A stretch of DNA of 64,000 nucleotides. It comes from Hormiphora californensis. Taxonomy: Eukaryota; Animalia; Ctenophora. The stretch's first letter is position 1, and each line of letters begins with the position of its first letter. The DNA lies in contig CM035351.1 of NCBI GenBank assembly GCA_020137815.1, positions 2,604,001 through 2,668,000 of the forward strand, in the 5' to 3' direction. Positions 19,810 through 31,600 of this stretch are shown here, piece by piece. A program made the translations under genes and the position numbers. The notes under the pieces were generated by a model that saw nothing but the letters and a program-made list of their open reading frames with translations, did not search any database and was not told the origin of the DNA.

Positions 19810-20574
19810 CTCCCTCTAGAGCAACCTAAACCCCATGTTAACCACCATCCCTCGCTCTCTAGCGCAACTAACATGTTAACCAACCTCCCTCTCTAGTACA
19901 ACTAACATGTTAACCAACCTCCCTCTCTAGTACAACTAACATGTTAACCCCCTCTCTCCCTCTCTAGAACAACCTATAACTCATCATCCCTCCCTCTGTA
20001 GCGCAACTAATATGTTAACCAACCTCCCTCTCTAGTACAACTAACATGTTAACCAACCTCCCTCTCTAGTACAACTAACATGTTAACCCCCTCTCTCCCT
20101 CTCTAGAACAACCTATAACTCATCATCCCTCCCTCTCTAGCGCAACTAACATGTTAACCCCCTCTCTCCCTCTCTAGAACAACCTATAACTCATCATCCC
20201 TCCCTCTCTAGTACAACTAACATGTTAACCACCCCCCCTCCCTCTCTAGTACAACTAACATGTTAACCCCCTCTCTCCCTCTCTAGAACAACCTATAACT
20301 CATCATCCCTCCCTCTCTAGCGCAACTAACATGTTAACCAACCTCCCTCTCTAGTACAACTAACATGTTAACCCCCTCTCTCCCTCTCTAGAACAACCTA
20401 TAACTCATCATCCCTCCCTCTCTAGCGCAACTAACATGTTAACCAACCTCCCTCTCTAGAACAACCTATAACTCATCATCCCTCCCTCTCTAGTACAACT
20501 AACATGTTAACCCCCTCTCTCCCTCTCTAGAACAACCTATAACTCATCATCCCTCCCTCTCTAGCGCAACCAAC
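19810..20574 (+). repeat. Compound 34-38 bp minisatellite (about 20 units) directly upstream of the PHAF1 start codon
   Basis: Units ccctctctag(ta/cg)caactaacATGttaacc alternate with ccctctctagaacaacctataactcatcat; the final unit is ctctctag|cgcaaccaacATG of PHAF1. Confidence 0.93.
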
Positions 20575-21783
20575 ATGTTGGACCTCGAGGTGGTTCCCGA
20601 GAGGAGTTTAGGGAACGAACAATGGGAGTTAGTACTGGGCATGCCCATCTCTCAAGCTATTGGAATCATGAGACGTCAGTGTCGGACAGTTAAGAACATA
20701 CACCTGTGTTACAGTGACTACGATCCCCTTGCGATGGATATTATTATGAACCTTACGGATGATGGTATTAGGCTTGTATTCGACCCCTTCACACAGCGGC
20801 TAAAGATAATCGAGGTGTATGATTTGAGTAGGGTGAAGTTGAAGTATTGTGGGGTTCACTTTAACTCCCAGAGCGTCTCCCCGACTAATGACCAAATTGA
20901 GATGAGTTTCGGGGCAACTCACCCGGGTGTGTTCGACCCCGCTAATCAACAGTTCATCCTTAACTTCAGAGGTCTATCCTTCTTTTTCCCCTCCAACGAC
21001 AAACTGGAGCACAACTACTCGCACGGTCTGGGCAGTCTACAGTTCAGTAACGGTCCCCCTGTGGTCAGCAAGTTGTGTATCTACACAGGGAACTCTTTGA
21101 TCGAGACAAAGGCCCCTGCTCTACCTATATCCTGTTACCAGGGGAAGTGTTACTCGGATAAGATCCAGCTGGTTAGTGCTAATGATGACTCAGTAACCGG
21201 TATTGAGGTGACACTGTATGGAGAGAGTGCCAGTCCCAGCAAGGATAGTGATGTTAGGAAGGGGACTGTAACAGAAACGATTCTCTTCGGGGACACGTGT
21301 CAAGATGTGATGAGTTCCCTTGGGGCGCCCTGTCAGATTTATTACAAAGATGATGACAAGATGAAGATTCACAGTAAATCTCCGGAGAAACAGCTTGAGA
21401 AAGAGGAAAGTGATTATTTCTACAATTACTTTACCCTTGGTCTGGATATTCTGTTTGATGGCGTGAAACACAAAGTCACAAAGTTTGTACTGCACAACAA
21501 CTACCCGGGACACTACGATTTCAATGTCTACTACAGGGCTGCCTTTGAGTTGGATGTCCGGCTAAGAGAAGGGGAGAAGTGTACTTTGACCTCCTTCAGC
21601 AAGTGGGACAAAGTCGAGGAGAATCTTGGGGAACATTTTAGTAAGCCCGTGGTACTGAATAGGAGGAGCTCCACCAATGCAACTAACCCGTTCGGGCCGA
21701 CATTCTGTTATGGATTTAAAAACCTGATCGTGGAAGTGATGCCAAGTAACAATTACATTGCAAGTGTCACACTCTACCCTTGA
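20575..21783 (+). CDS. PHAF1: Phagophore assembly factor 1 / C16orf70 (UPF0183), intronless CDS, 402 aa
   Basis: MLDLEVVPERSLGNEQWE...FGATHPG...DYFYNYFTLGLDILFD...KFVLHNNYPGHYDFNVY...NPFGPTFCYG...IASVTLY. Confidence 0.95.
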   Translation: MLDLEVVPERSLGNEQWELVLGMPISQAIGIMRRQCRTVKNIHLCYSDYDPLAMDIIMNLTDDGIRLVFDPFTQRLKIIEVYDLSRVKLKYCGVHFNSQSVSPTNDQIEMSFGATHPGVFDPANQQFILNFRGLSFFFPSNDKLEHNYSHGLGSLQFSNGPPVVSKLCIYTGNSLIETKAPALPISCYQGKCYSDKIQLVSANDDSVTGIEVTLYGESASPSKDSDVRKGTVTETILFGDTCQDVMSSLGAPCQIYYKDDDKMKIHSKSPEKQLEKEESDYFYNYFTLGLDILFDGVKHKVTKFVLHNNYPGHYDFNVYYRAAFELDVRLREGEKCTLTSFSKWDKVEENLGEHFSKPVVLNRRSSTNATNPFGPTFCYGFKNLIVEVMPSNNYIASVTLYP

Positions 21784-22213
21784 TGGGAACATTGGAGTGT
21801 GTTTTATTGAGGATCGGTGGACTTGGAGAGTGGTAATTGGAGGGGGCCAGGACTTTGTAGCAGCGACAATTATCATACTCAGAAAAAGGAAAAACTGAAA
21901 CGATTATATTGACGCTATCAGATCGTTGTTTTCTATTGAAACAATTGGAACTGTTAATTGCAGACCACTTTGTCAAACTTGCATGTAACTAAACTGGACT
22001 AGACAAAATACAAAATACGGGGGATACTGAGTGTGTGTGACAGTGTGTGTTTATTTGCTATTATGTGAAAGTGTACATTTCAATATTTCAGTACTAAATT
22101 GTAAATATTTCACTGTCAAAATCTATTGTGTTTCATTTTATTCCCCCTCCCCTTCTCTCTCCTAATATTACTAAAATTGCCCCCACGTTTTCCCAGTGAG
22201 ATTCTTGTAGAAA

Positions 22214-25087
22214 ATGGATGATCTCCGAGAGCCCTGGTAAGAAATATTTTATCACATATTTTAACATATATCGTCTCGTCCGTCAACTCGTCACCCGATA
22301 CTTGCTGTAAATGACTAGACACGTACATCGAGCAGCGAGATGTTACAGTGCCTGACAATGGTTTCTGCCGTGAAGTTTAACATCTGTCAAACCATGGCAC
22401 ATACATGGCCAGAATACATGTACAAGGAGTGACAAATGTGAATACGGAGAAGACACGAAAAAATGGTTTCTGGTAGCACTCTAGGCACGGCGTGCCTGGT
22501 GAAATTTTAACACGACCTAGCATGCAACGGGAAACCACCACTTGTACGTGGTAGCTGAGGGTCTACAGAATGGCGCTACGGTGCGGGAAAAAAAAGTCCA
22601 TTCCCTAAAATCGTTTTTTTACTTTTATTTGATTTGGGTCAAAATTGGCTATATTAAACGTGGTCCCGAAAAATCCATAATGACTTAGCACACGAAATAT
22701 GTCACCCCCACCTATTTTTGCACGTAGAATCGATTGCCGTTGAAGTCGAATCTCTAAAATGACTGTAAAATGGTCAAAAGTTGATTTTTTACCATTTTTT
22801 GGAGGTTTTTGGCCCCTAAACCATTGAAAACGTTGCGATAGGAATTTGAAACTAGTGCCAATCGTTAAAATGGTCATTTTTCTACCAAGAACCAAGTTTT
22901 CGTGTATATCCGATTTATGGTTAGATTTGGGCAAATTGTTGAAATCTGCCAACTAGGAGAACCGTAACTTGATTTTCTTGTTTTTTGGATTTTGGCATTT
23001 TTGACAAACTTCTGATTGAAATGGTCAATCGGGACCATGCTTAAGTTGTTTATGGGACAATTTTCGACTAAAATCCAAGATTTCATACCAATCCAATAAC
23101 AGATCGTTGATTTATAGAAAATTTAAGTAGGCAAAACGGTGAAAATAAGCAAGAAAAGTTGTCATTTTGACCGTTTTGCCTACGCAAATTTTCTATAAAT
23201 CAACGATCTGTTATTGGATTGGTATGAAATCTTGGATTTTAGTCGAAAATTGTCCCATAAACAACTTAAGCATGGTCCCGATTGACCATTTCAATCAGAA
23301 GTTTGTCAAAAATGCCAAAATCCAAAAAACAAGAAAATCAAGTTACGGTTCTCCTAGTTGGCAGATTTCAACAATTTGCCCAAATCTAACCATAAATCGG
23401 ATATACACGAAAACTTGGTTCTTGGTAGAAAAATGACCATTTTAACGATTGGCACTAGTTTCAAATTCCTATCGCAACGTTTTCAATGGTTTAGGGGCCA
23501 AAAACCTCCAAAAAATGGTAAAAAATCAACTTTTGACCATTTTACAGTCATTTTAGAGATTCGACTTCAACGGCAATCGATTCTACGTGCAAAAATAGGT
23601 GGGGGTGACATATTTCGTGTGCTAAGTCATTATGGATTTTTCGGGACCACGTTTAATATAGCCAATTTTGACCCAAATCAAATAAAAGTAAAAAAAACGA
23701 TTTTAGGGAATGGACTTTTTTTTCCCGCACCGTAGCGCCATTCTGTAGACCCTCAGCTACCACGTACAAGTGGTGGTTTCCCGTTGCATGCTAGGTCGTG
23801 TTAAAATTTCACCAGGCACGCCGTGTAGGTCGTATTAAAGTTTCACCATGCACCAGTAGACTTCCAATGTGTAGAGTAATTAGCAACGATAAATACCCCT
23901 AGTACTAGACTACTAGTTCCTACTCATGTCACACTTTTATGCAACTTGTGGGAAATAAGTGGTATTTAACTCCTACCCCCCCTTTTCTGCTATTTACACA
24001 ACTCCCTCCCCCTCAGCCCCTACCGGATTGCAGATGACTGTGGCGGTGCCTTTACCATGGGTTGTGTAGGGAGCGCCATTTTCACCGGCATAAAGGGATG
24101 GAAGACTGCCCCTGTCGTGAGTTAATTAGCTAATTAATTGTCTGTTTAGATACTTTGAATTGTTCATACTTTCTATTTATTCTATTCCGGAGCACGGACA
24201 CGGTGTCAAGCGAATCAATAGATACTGTACTACAATTTCTGTGCCCTAACACTCTTTTCTTTACTCACAGGGTTACAAGGCTCGGTTTCATGGCGCTATC
24301 ACGTCCATAAAGATGAAGGCCCCTGTCTACGGAGGTAAGACGTCATTTAATTCACATTCCCTATTTCTGGTGCTTTAACTTGTTATTCAGACTCGTACAC
24401 ACACGCACACAAGCTTTCCTGTGATGATACAACGAGCACTTTTCCCCTAAATTTAGCTGCCTTCCCCTTAGCAGTAACGCGCGTTGCGTCTCACCTATTG
24501 AAATGTACGAGTTGTGAGCAGTTGTTATGCGCGGCGGGACTCGGATTGTTTATGGAGTCATATGACATTTGACACTCATTTCAACTGCTCGGTCGTTACA
24601 TCTCCGGTTGGCTGTCACTAATTAGACCCAATCATTATATCACTAATTAGACCAAATTACCATCCTTTCAGGTAATTTTGGTGTCTGGGGACTGACGTTT
24701 TCCGCCTGTGATTGTACAATGATTTACTTGAGGAACAAGGAAGACCCCTGGAATTCTATCACTTCCGGCGCAATAACTGGGGGCATTCTATCCATTCGAC
24801 GTGAGTTATATAATTTAATAATTTACCGTGGTGCTCCGTCACATTGGCCGCCCGCATAGCGTTGCCTATGACATAACCACTACAGACTGGCCACATTATG
24901 ACATGATCACTGCGGAGTGGGCTCATCTAACCCTCTACCCCTCTCAGATGGTCCAACTGCTGCTGCTACATCGGCCCTAATTGGAGGATTCATTCTTGCT
25001 ATGATTGAAGGAGTGACAGTACTCATAACTCGAATGAACTCGGACGCCTACAAGCCTGTGATGCCTACTGTACCCGATATGGTTTGA
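22214..25087 (+). CDS. TIMM17: Mitochondrial inner membrane translocase subunit Tim17 (exons approx. 22214-22236, 24017-24116, 24271-24334, 24672-24800, 24948-25087)
   Basis: Spliced translation [23 protein letters not shown]...[15 protein letters not shown]...[23 protein letters not shown]...[15 protein letters not shown]; missed by the ORF track because the exons are short. Confidence 0.92.
22486..23825. mobile_element. 1340-bp foldback (palindromic) non-autonomous element, Chapaev/CMC-like, in TIM17 intron 1
   Basis: About 660-bp near-identical inverted arms with a short spacer at approx. 23147-23163; termini CACGG...CCGTG; 4-bp TSD TAGG (22482-22485 / 23826-23829). Confidence 0.88.
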
Positions 25088-25221
25088 GCAAGGGAGGGAC
25101 TGAGCGGGATCCGTGTTTTTAGATTGTGGAGATGTAATGTGCTTCAGAGCTCCAGCCGACAGGGGAGCAGTCTAGGTGTGCCCTCTTTTATTTATTAAGA
25201 CCTGCTAAGTTTTGTAAGAAA

Positions 25222-25608
25222 TGACTGTTCCCTCGTTTTTGAAATTGCCGTGTTTTACTTTGCCAGCCACCCGCGGGGTATAGCACCTTTCCAACCCACT
25301 TTCAACTTTGGCTACACGGTACACCCTATTCCTGGCAGCCGTAATCCGGGTCTCTACCAGCCAGGAGAGAGAGATAGAGAGGATCGGATAAGGAAACCAC
25401 CAGCCAATACACCGGGAAATGTGGCTACAAGATCGCAACGGTTCCTGAATTCATTTTAGGACCGCTTGTATGCGCGGCGCATGGGAACAGCTTCGCGCGA
25501 GATGGGATACTTTTCATGTGAGGGAATGGATGCGCATACCGCGAACAGAGCTCCCGAAAGTGTGCGGTCTTGTAGCCACGTAGGAATATAAAACGAGGAA
25601 CATTGTCA
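25222..25608. mobile_element. Degenerate MITE-like relic between the TIM17 and GCN1 3' ends
   Basis: Inverted pair tgttcctcgtttt / aaaacgaggaaca near the ends and internal inverted pair gtggctacaagatcgca / tgcggtcttgtagccac; no clean TSD. Confidence 0.45.
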
Positions 25609-25676
25609 AAAGAAAACGTTTTAAAACCAAAAGCAACTAATAATTTAACAAGAGAGTCATTGGCATGAGTCCATGT

Positions 25677-28600
25677 TTAGACGGGCGTGAGAGAGGCGAA
25701 GATGTCGTTTTCAATGGTCGAATATGTCTTGTAATCGGCTGCAACTCGTTTCGCTGTAGGTAGGAACCTGCCATAGATATCGCTTGATTTGGCGTCCAAG
25801 GCACCGGACACCCTGTCTGCTAGTTCCGTGTCTCCCTTCAGACGCAGTAGAGTAGCAATGGCAAGCTCTGATGCAACTCTGAGACCTGGAGGAGTCTTGC
25901 GTGTAGTGCTATCAAGCAGTGGTACAAGGAGTGAGCGAGTGTGAGTATCAGAGAGAGGTGGACATCCGCTAATTGAGATATGGTGGATGGTGGATGTGGC
26001 AAAGAGACGGATATCATTGCTGGTATGAGCGCAGTTAGTTGTCAGCCCTGTAACCAGTCTATCAAGTAGCTCCCTGTGTTCCCCAGTCCCTTGCAGATGG
26101 ATAATAAGCCGTGATGCGGTGTAACTTGCTGCGTTACAAACCTGCACATTATCACTCTCCAGTGCTTTAACTGTTCCCTCACACACTTCCTCTACTAGAT
26201 CCAGTTTAGCAAGACGTCCAGGGGCATATCTGGCGAGACCAGCTAGAGCCAAGACCCGTCCATGACGTGCCTCTTTAGTAGAGGGCGCACTGAGGACACC
26301 CTCTCTGATATCCTTCACTAGATCTTCCTCTTTGTAAAATGTAGCGAGAGCACCAAAACATGCCCCATTAGCCGTCCTAACTGTATCCTCAGGGGCACCC
26401 ATGTTAAGTTTCAATGTGTTCGCAATAGAAACTTGTAGATTTGGTGACATGCCAGCCCCTCCAAGATACATGGTACCATGCAGCGCTGCAAACATAGTCT
26501 CCCTGGTACTGAGATTCTCATTCTTGGTTCCATTGTGGATATCAGTGAAGAGGTTATCCACCTTGCTGTGGAGGGTAACTAGCTTGGTCAGGGCAGTCAC
26601 ACCCCTACATCTCACATCTCGGGAAGTATCGTTCAGGGACTTCATAAAAGTTGTCTGGAGTTGGGACAGGAACGGTTTTAGTGCCACCTTCACCTTCTCG
26701 ATCAGGAGAGACAGTGTATCTAGACAGGCCATCTTGACAGACTGACTGTACCGCTCACCCAGAACCCTGATCAGAGGTCCGGTAATCTGGACAACTGATG
26801 GCTTCAAAGCGGGGGCATCAGTTAACTGGATTGCCTCACGAAGACCAATGATAGCTTGTTCCTTCAGATCTGGGCTACCATTTAGTATCCCCTCTCTGTA
26901 GAGAAGGACAAGATGTGCAATACCCTTAGGTAGACAGAATCCCGGCAGAGTGTAGGTCAGATCCCGTTTGTACTTGTTCTCCACCGCCATACTGACACAA
27001 GTCCTCAAATCAGGAACTAACCTCACCATGTCTTCACTAGACAACCTCTTTGTAGCCACATTGAACGCCCCCCAGCACGTCTTAACAACCTCCTTATCGG
27101 GATCACTAAACCTTCCTAGCAGGGCCTTCCACATTGCCACAATATGATCTTCAATTGCGAGGTGTTCATTGGTACAGAATGTAGCGAATAACAGGGCACA
27201 ATACCTCCTCTTCTGGACATCTTCCTCTCCAAACATTTCACTGAGGATCTCCAGGATCGTATCATGACCATCATCTTCTGCTATGGAGCTGACAATTAGT
27301 CGGGCATGTTCTAACTCCTTGGCAAGTTCCTCCCCCTCGTTATCTTCCTCCATCTCGCACAACCCTCCGATAATAGCCGAGATGACGGTATCAAGGTGCT
27401 CATACAGGGCCTCGCCTGCAACTGAGGAGAGGGATGCCAGAGCCCCAATATTGACTGGTTTCTGGACGAGTTTGGGCACCATGTAGGGGAGAACAACACT
27501 ACTCTTAGCCTGCATGATTTCCTTCAGTGCTCCAATCAGGTACTCTGCCTTCTCTCCCTCAAGTAGACTCAGGTTAGCCAGCAGAGGAGACAAGATCTCA
27601 TCCAGGGCTTTAGTTCCCAGGGAGTCGTGGAGTTTAGCGAATGTACCAGCAGCAGCGTTCCGTACCTCAGGTGAACAATCAGTGAGTGCAGACCGGATTG
27701 CGGGCAATAGTTTGTCGCTGTAATCCTCGACCTGGTCCTTAGAGGTATCCGATATGATCTTGCTGAGACCCAGACAAACACCCTGTCTTTGTGTAACATC
27801 AGGAGACTGCAGTGAGCTCTCCAAGATGGGGATAACTTCAGGGAGGATCCTATCTCCCAACTTCTTAACCAGATCCTCCAGAGTCCTGTTAGCAACTGCC
27901 CTCTTGTCGTAAACATCGCTCGCCAGACAGCTCAGAATCAACTCGATCAGCACTGGTAATATCTCCTTGAGAGTCTTGGGAGTGTTGGTAACCACGATCT
28001 TCCAGATGTGGAGACCAGCCTGTCGGACCGCTAGGGCAATATCAGATCGGGCCATGTAGAGACCAGAGAAGACCCTGTTCCTCCTCTCACTACCCAGTGC
28101 ACCAATAATCAGTCTCCTGGTTTCATCCGTTCCAAAGTTGTCGTCCTCATCTCCGGTCACAGTGCTCTGTTTTCCTGAGACACCCATCACTCTGTAGAGG
28201 AGATCACCAAGGAGTTGGCATGATGCCAGCCTGATCCTGTAGTTGTCGTGGAACAACCCGTCCTCCAGATGGGGCAGGAAGAGGTTGATTGCAGAGTCAG
28301 CGTACTGTTGAACAGTTCTCTGTCCGGCTTTGTAGGAGGTATTCCTGACAAACTCGCTCTCACTGGCCAGACCAGACAAGATGGGATTGAGGATGAGACC
28401 GATGTATTTAGCAAACCTCTCCTTCATTGTTATGGGTAGGTAGATAAACAGCAGCAGATACCCATCCCTGATGTGAGGTAGGAGCTCCTCATCTTGGAGA
28501 CAGGTCAGGATTTCATCCATCATCGTGTCCAACTTCTCCTCCCCTAACCCTGCCATAACCTCACTTATACCCTGGGCAGCACCAGACCGATCAACAGAGC

Positions 28601-31600
28601 TGATTTCGGAGATCAGGGTGGCTAACAACCACTCCATGAGACCAGGAATCTCCCCGATGCCCTTTACGAGGCATCCCAGTGCCCGAGCGGAGTAGAGCCT
28701 CACATCAGGGACTGGGTCCATGAGACCACCTTTTAGACCGGGGATGATTGAGTCTAGGTAGGGCTTTAGATCTTTCTCCTCGGTCAAAACCAGCATGTTA
28801 CCGATGATTTGAGCGGCGGATTTCTTGGTTTCAGTCCTCTGGTTGAATGACCTAGTAACAACTGGAACAATAAGGGCTAGAGATGGGGCGTCAATCTTGT
28901 GAACAAAGGAAGTCTTCATAAGACCCTGGAGACACTTGTCTGTGTTCTTGGTTGGGTCATGTAGCGCATCCAGGAGCAACTTCACAATCGCCTGGATCTC
29001 AGGATTCCGGATTACAGAACCGATTTGGGTTAGAGCGGTGAGACCTGATCTCTGGACCTTTGTATGGGAATCTGCCATCACTTCAATTAGTTTGGGTACA
29101 ATAGAGGGAAGGCAGGAGGAGAGCTGTTTGGGGTTGCAATGTGCCATTGCACCTAGCAACTCCACACTCCCGCACTTTGTCCTCCAAGCATCGTCTTCAA
29201 GGGCCTTCAACAGAGAGGGCAGGACCAACTTGACACCGTGAGCACTTAGCTTACCCATGATAGCTTTGGATGCCTTCTCAGCGGCATCTCTAACATATTG
29301 ATTCCCATCACCAAAACACACCAAGAGATGAGGTAGGACGTTGATGACGTAGGGCTCAAACAGAGTTCCCATAGTTGAACAAAGCTGCTCAAATGCCATG
29401 AGTGCTCCCTCCCTATGTTGCGGGCTCTTCTTGTCCTGGATGGATTCAATCAGTTTGGGCATGATCTCCAAGCTGTTTGAGAGACAGCAGTCCAAGGCCC
29501 TTGACAAGTCCAGATAGTCCGTAAGCAGCACCCCTTCCTCTCTCCATACTTCTCACTCTCCATCAGCTGGTATAGAATTCTCTGGACAAGCTGGGGAGCC
29601 AGATCCTTGATGGCCGGGACCAGAGGAGCAAGGCACTGTGCTACAGCACTTTGAACCTGTTCTGAAGGGGTCGAGAGAGCCTCCATGAGCTTGCATACAA
29701 TAGGCTTCACCTTGGGGTCACTAGTTGAAAGATGCTTAGCAAGGGTCGCCATTAGGATGACAACGTTCTGTTTCACGACATCGTTAGATTTAGAATCAGG
29801 GGTGTTGTCCAGGTAGTTCTCAAATACAGGCAGCAGGACATCAATAACGAGCTTTCCGTGCACGTTGATGATGTAAATACCAACATCCCTCATCTTGCCT
29901 TGCACTATGGGGGAGTGGTCGGAGAGACCCCGGGGAACCAATAAAGAGACCAGAGAGAGGAGTTCCTCATTAACTAGGATTGGAACCAGCGAGTGGAGAG
30001 CCAGTGCTATTCCCGCCCGTTCCTCCCAGGCATCAGCACTAGCCGCCACCAACACCCGACCCATCTCATCCAGGATGGGCTTAGGAGGCTCGTATCTTTC
30101 CCCATACTTGGTCATGAGGGCCTGTAACACTTGGTCACTCATCCAATCCATCTCTCGGACAGCCTCAGTCAGGGCGGTAGCAGCAGCGTTCTGGAGGTAC
30201 CCCTCCTTACGTACTACAAACTGCAGTATACCAGTACATACAGCAGGGTAAAGGTGGAATTTACAGGTTCTGTTGGACCACAGCTCTGCAGCACACTTTT
30301 TAACCGAGTCTACCTCGTCAAACATACACAACCACACCGTAGCGCTGAGTCTCTGGCCCAGGGTGAGCGGGTCGGTGCTCTCGTACAACTGGTGGGTTAG
30401 GGGTTTAGCAAGGGTTTCCAGACCCAACAGAATGTTTGATCTGAGAGTATCGTGACTGGAGCTAAGGAAATCAACCAGTACTGTGATCTCTCCCTCCCCG
30501 GCAACAGCGCACCCCTCCTCTCCACTGCTAGCAATGCACACTTCATCTATCAGCGCTAACAGCCTGTTTCCTACCGGACCAACGGGTTTCCGTTCGAACG
30601 TTTCACATGCCATTTTCAAGATATCAGTTAGGGGCATGAAGGAGGGTCCATCGAATATGTTGTCAGTGGTTGCTCTCTTCTGGACGTGTGCCAGGGTTAC
30701 ATCCAACGCGATAACAGCGTTCCCTTCATAGGACTCCTCCGTCATGTCCATGTTGGCGATAACATAACGCAACAGGGGGAATGCGAGGGAGAATGAAGCT
30801 GAGGAGAGGGTGAATCCGTCAGACAACATCGTCTTGAAATGCTCAATGCACCGTCCAAAGGATGTATCCAGGGGTTCACCAAGCCAGTCAGGGTTTATAG
30901 CGCAGGGCGGGTCGTGGAGTCGAACAGACAGTCCGTCCCATCAGACTGGCCAGATCTTTGAAACTAGGTGGGAACACCTTGTGGGTGATCTTCTGTAACA
31001 GGTTTCGTTGCATTCTTAGCAGAGACAGGGAACATTCAGGATCGTCATGGTAACGGATGCGATACGGGCTATGTTGTGCATTAGGTGATTCACATCCTGC
31101 CTCGAGACAACTCATCAATATACGGTACTGATGGTTGAATGAACCCATAACCTGGGTCACATGAGCCCTGGTACCTGACTCAACCTGGAGTCTTTCATTC
31201 AGTTGATCTTGCTGTTTCTTGGTAAGCTTCATTCCCTGTTGAGCCTTCCTCTTAGCCTCCATTTCCTCAGCCCACTTCTGATCAGCGACAGAGTACATCT
31301 TACTCTCCCTCTTGACATTCTTGTCCAACACAAAGCTCTTTTCAAATTCCTCCAGGAGGGATGACTTCCAGAGGGTACCCTCAGGGGTCCTATGTATCTC
31401 CATGTCCTCTAGGTCGATGGACTTCAGGGCACCTCCTTCAAACTCGTCCAGGGAACCCACCACTAGGGGTGTAATCAGAGGTGAGACAATGAGACACCAG
31501 ACTTGAGACCAGGAGGTATGTTTCTGGGGTCCGGTTACCAGCGACCACAGCTAGGATCTCCTCACTGTGATCCTCTCCAAACCGGTACAGATCCATGCCC

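Noticed and set aside
19810-20574. CRISPR-like appearance of the repeat arrays here and at 776-1026 and 17854-18448
   Set aside because: No unique spacers, no cas genes, and a eukaryotic intron context.
22605-23735. Mirror-image ORF pairs in the foldback elements (also 39494-40441)
   Set aside because: Products of the palindromes; no transposase or other domain motifs.
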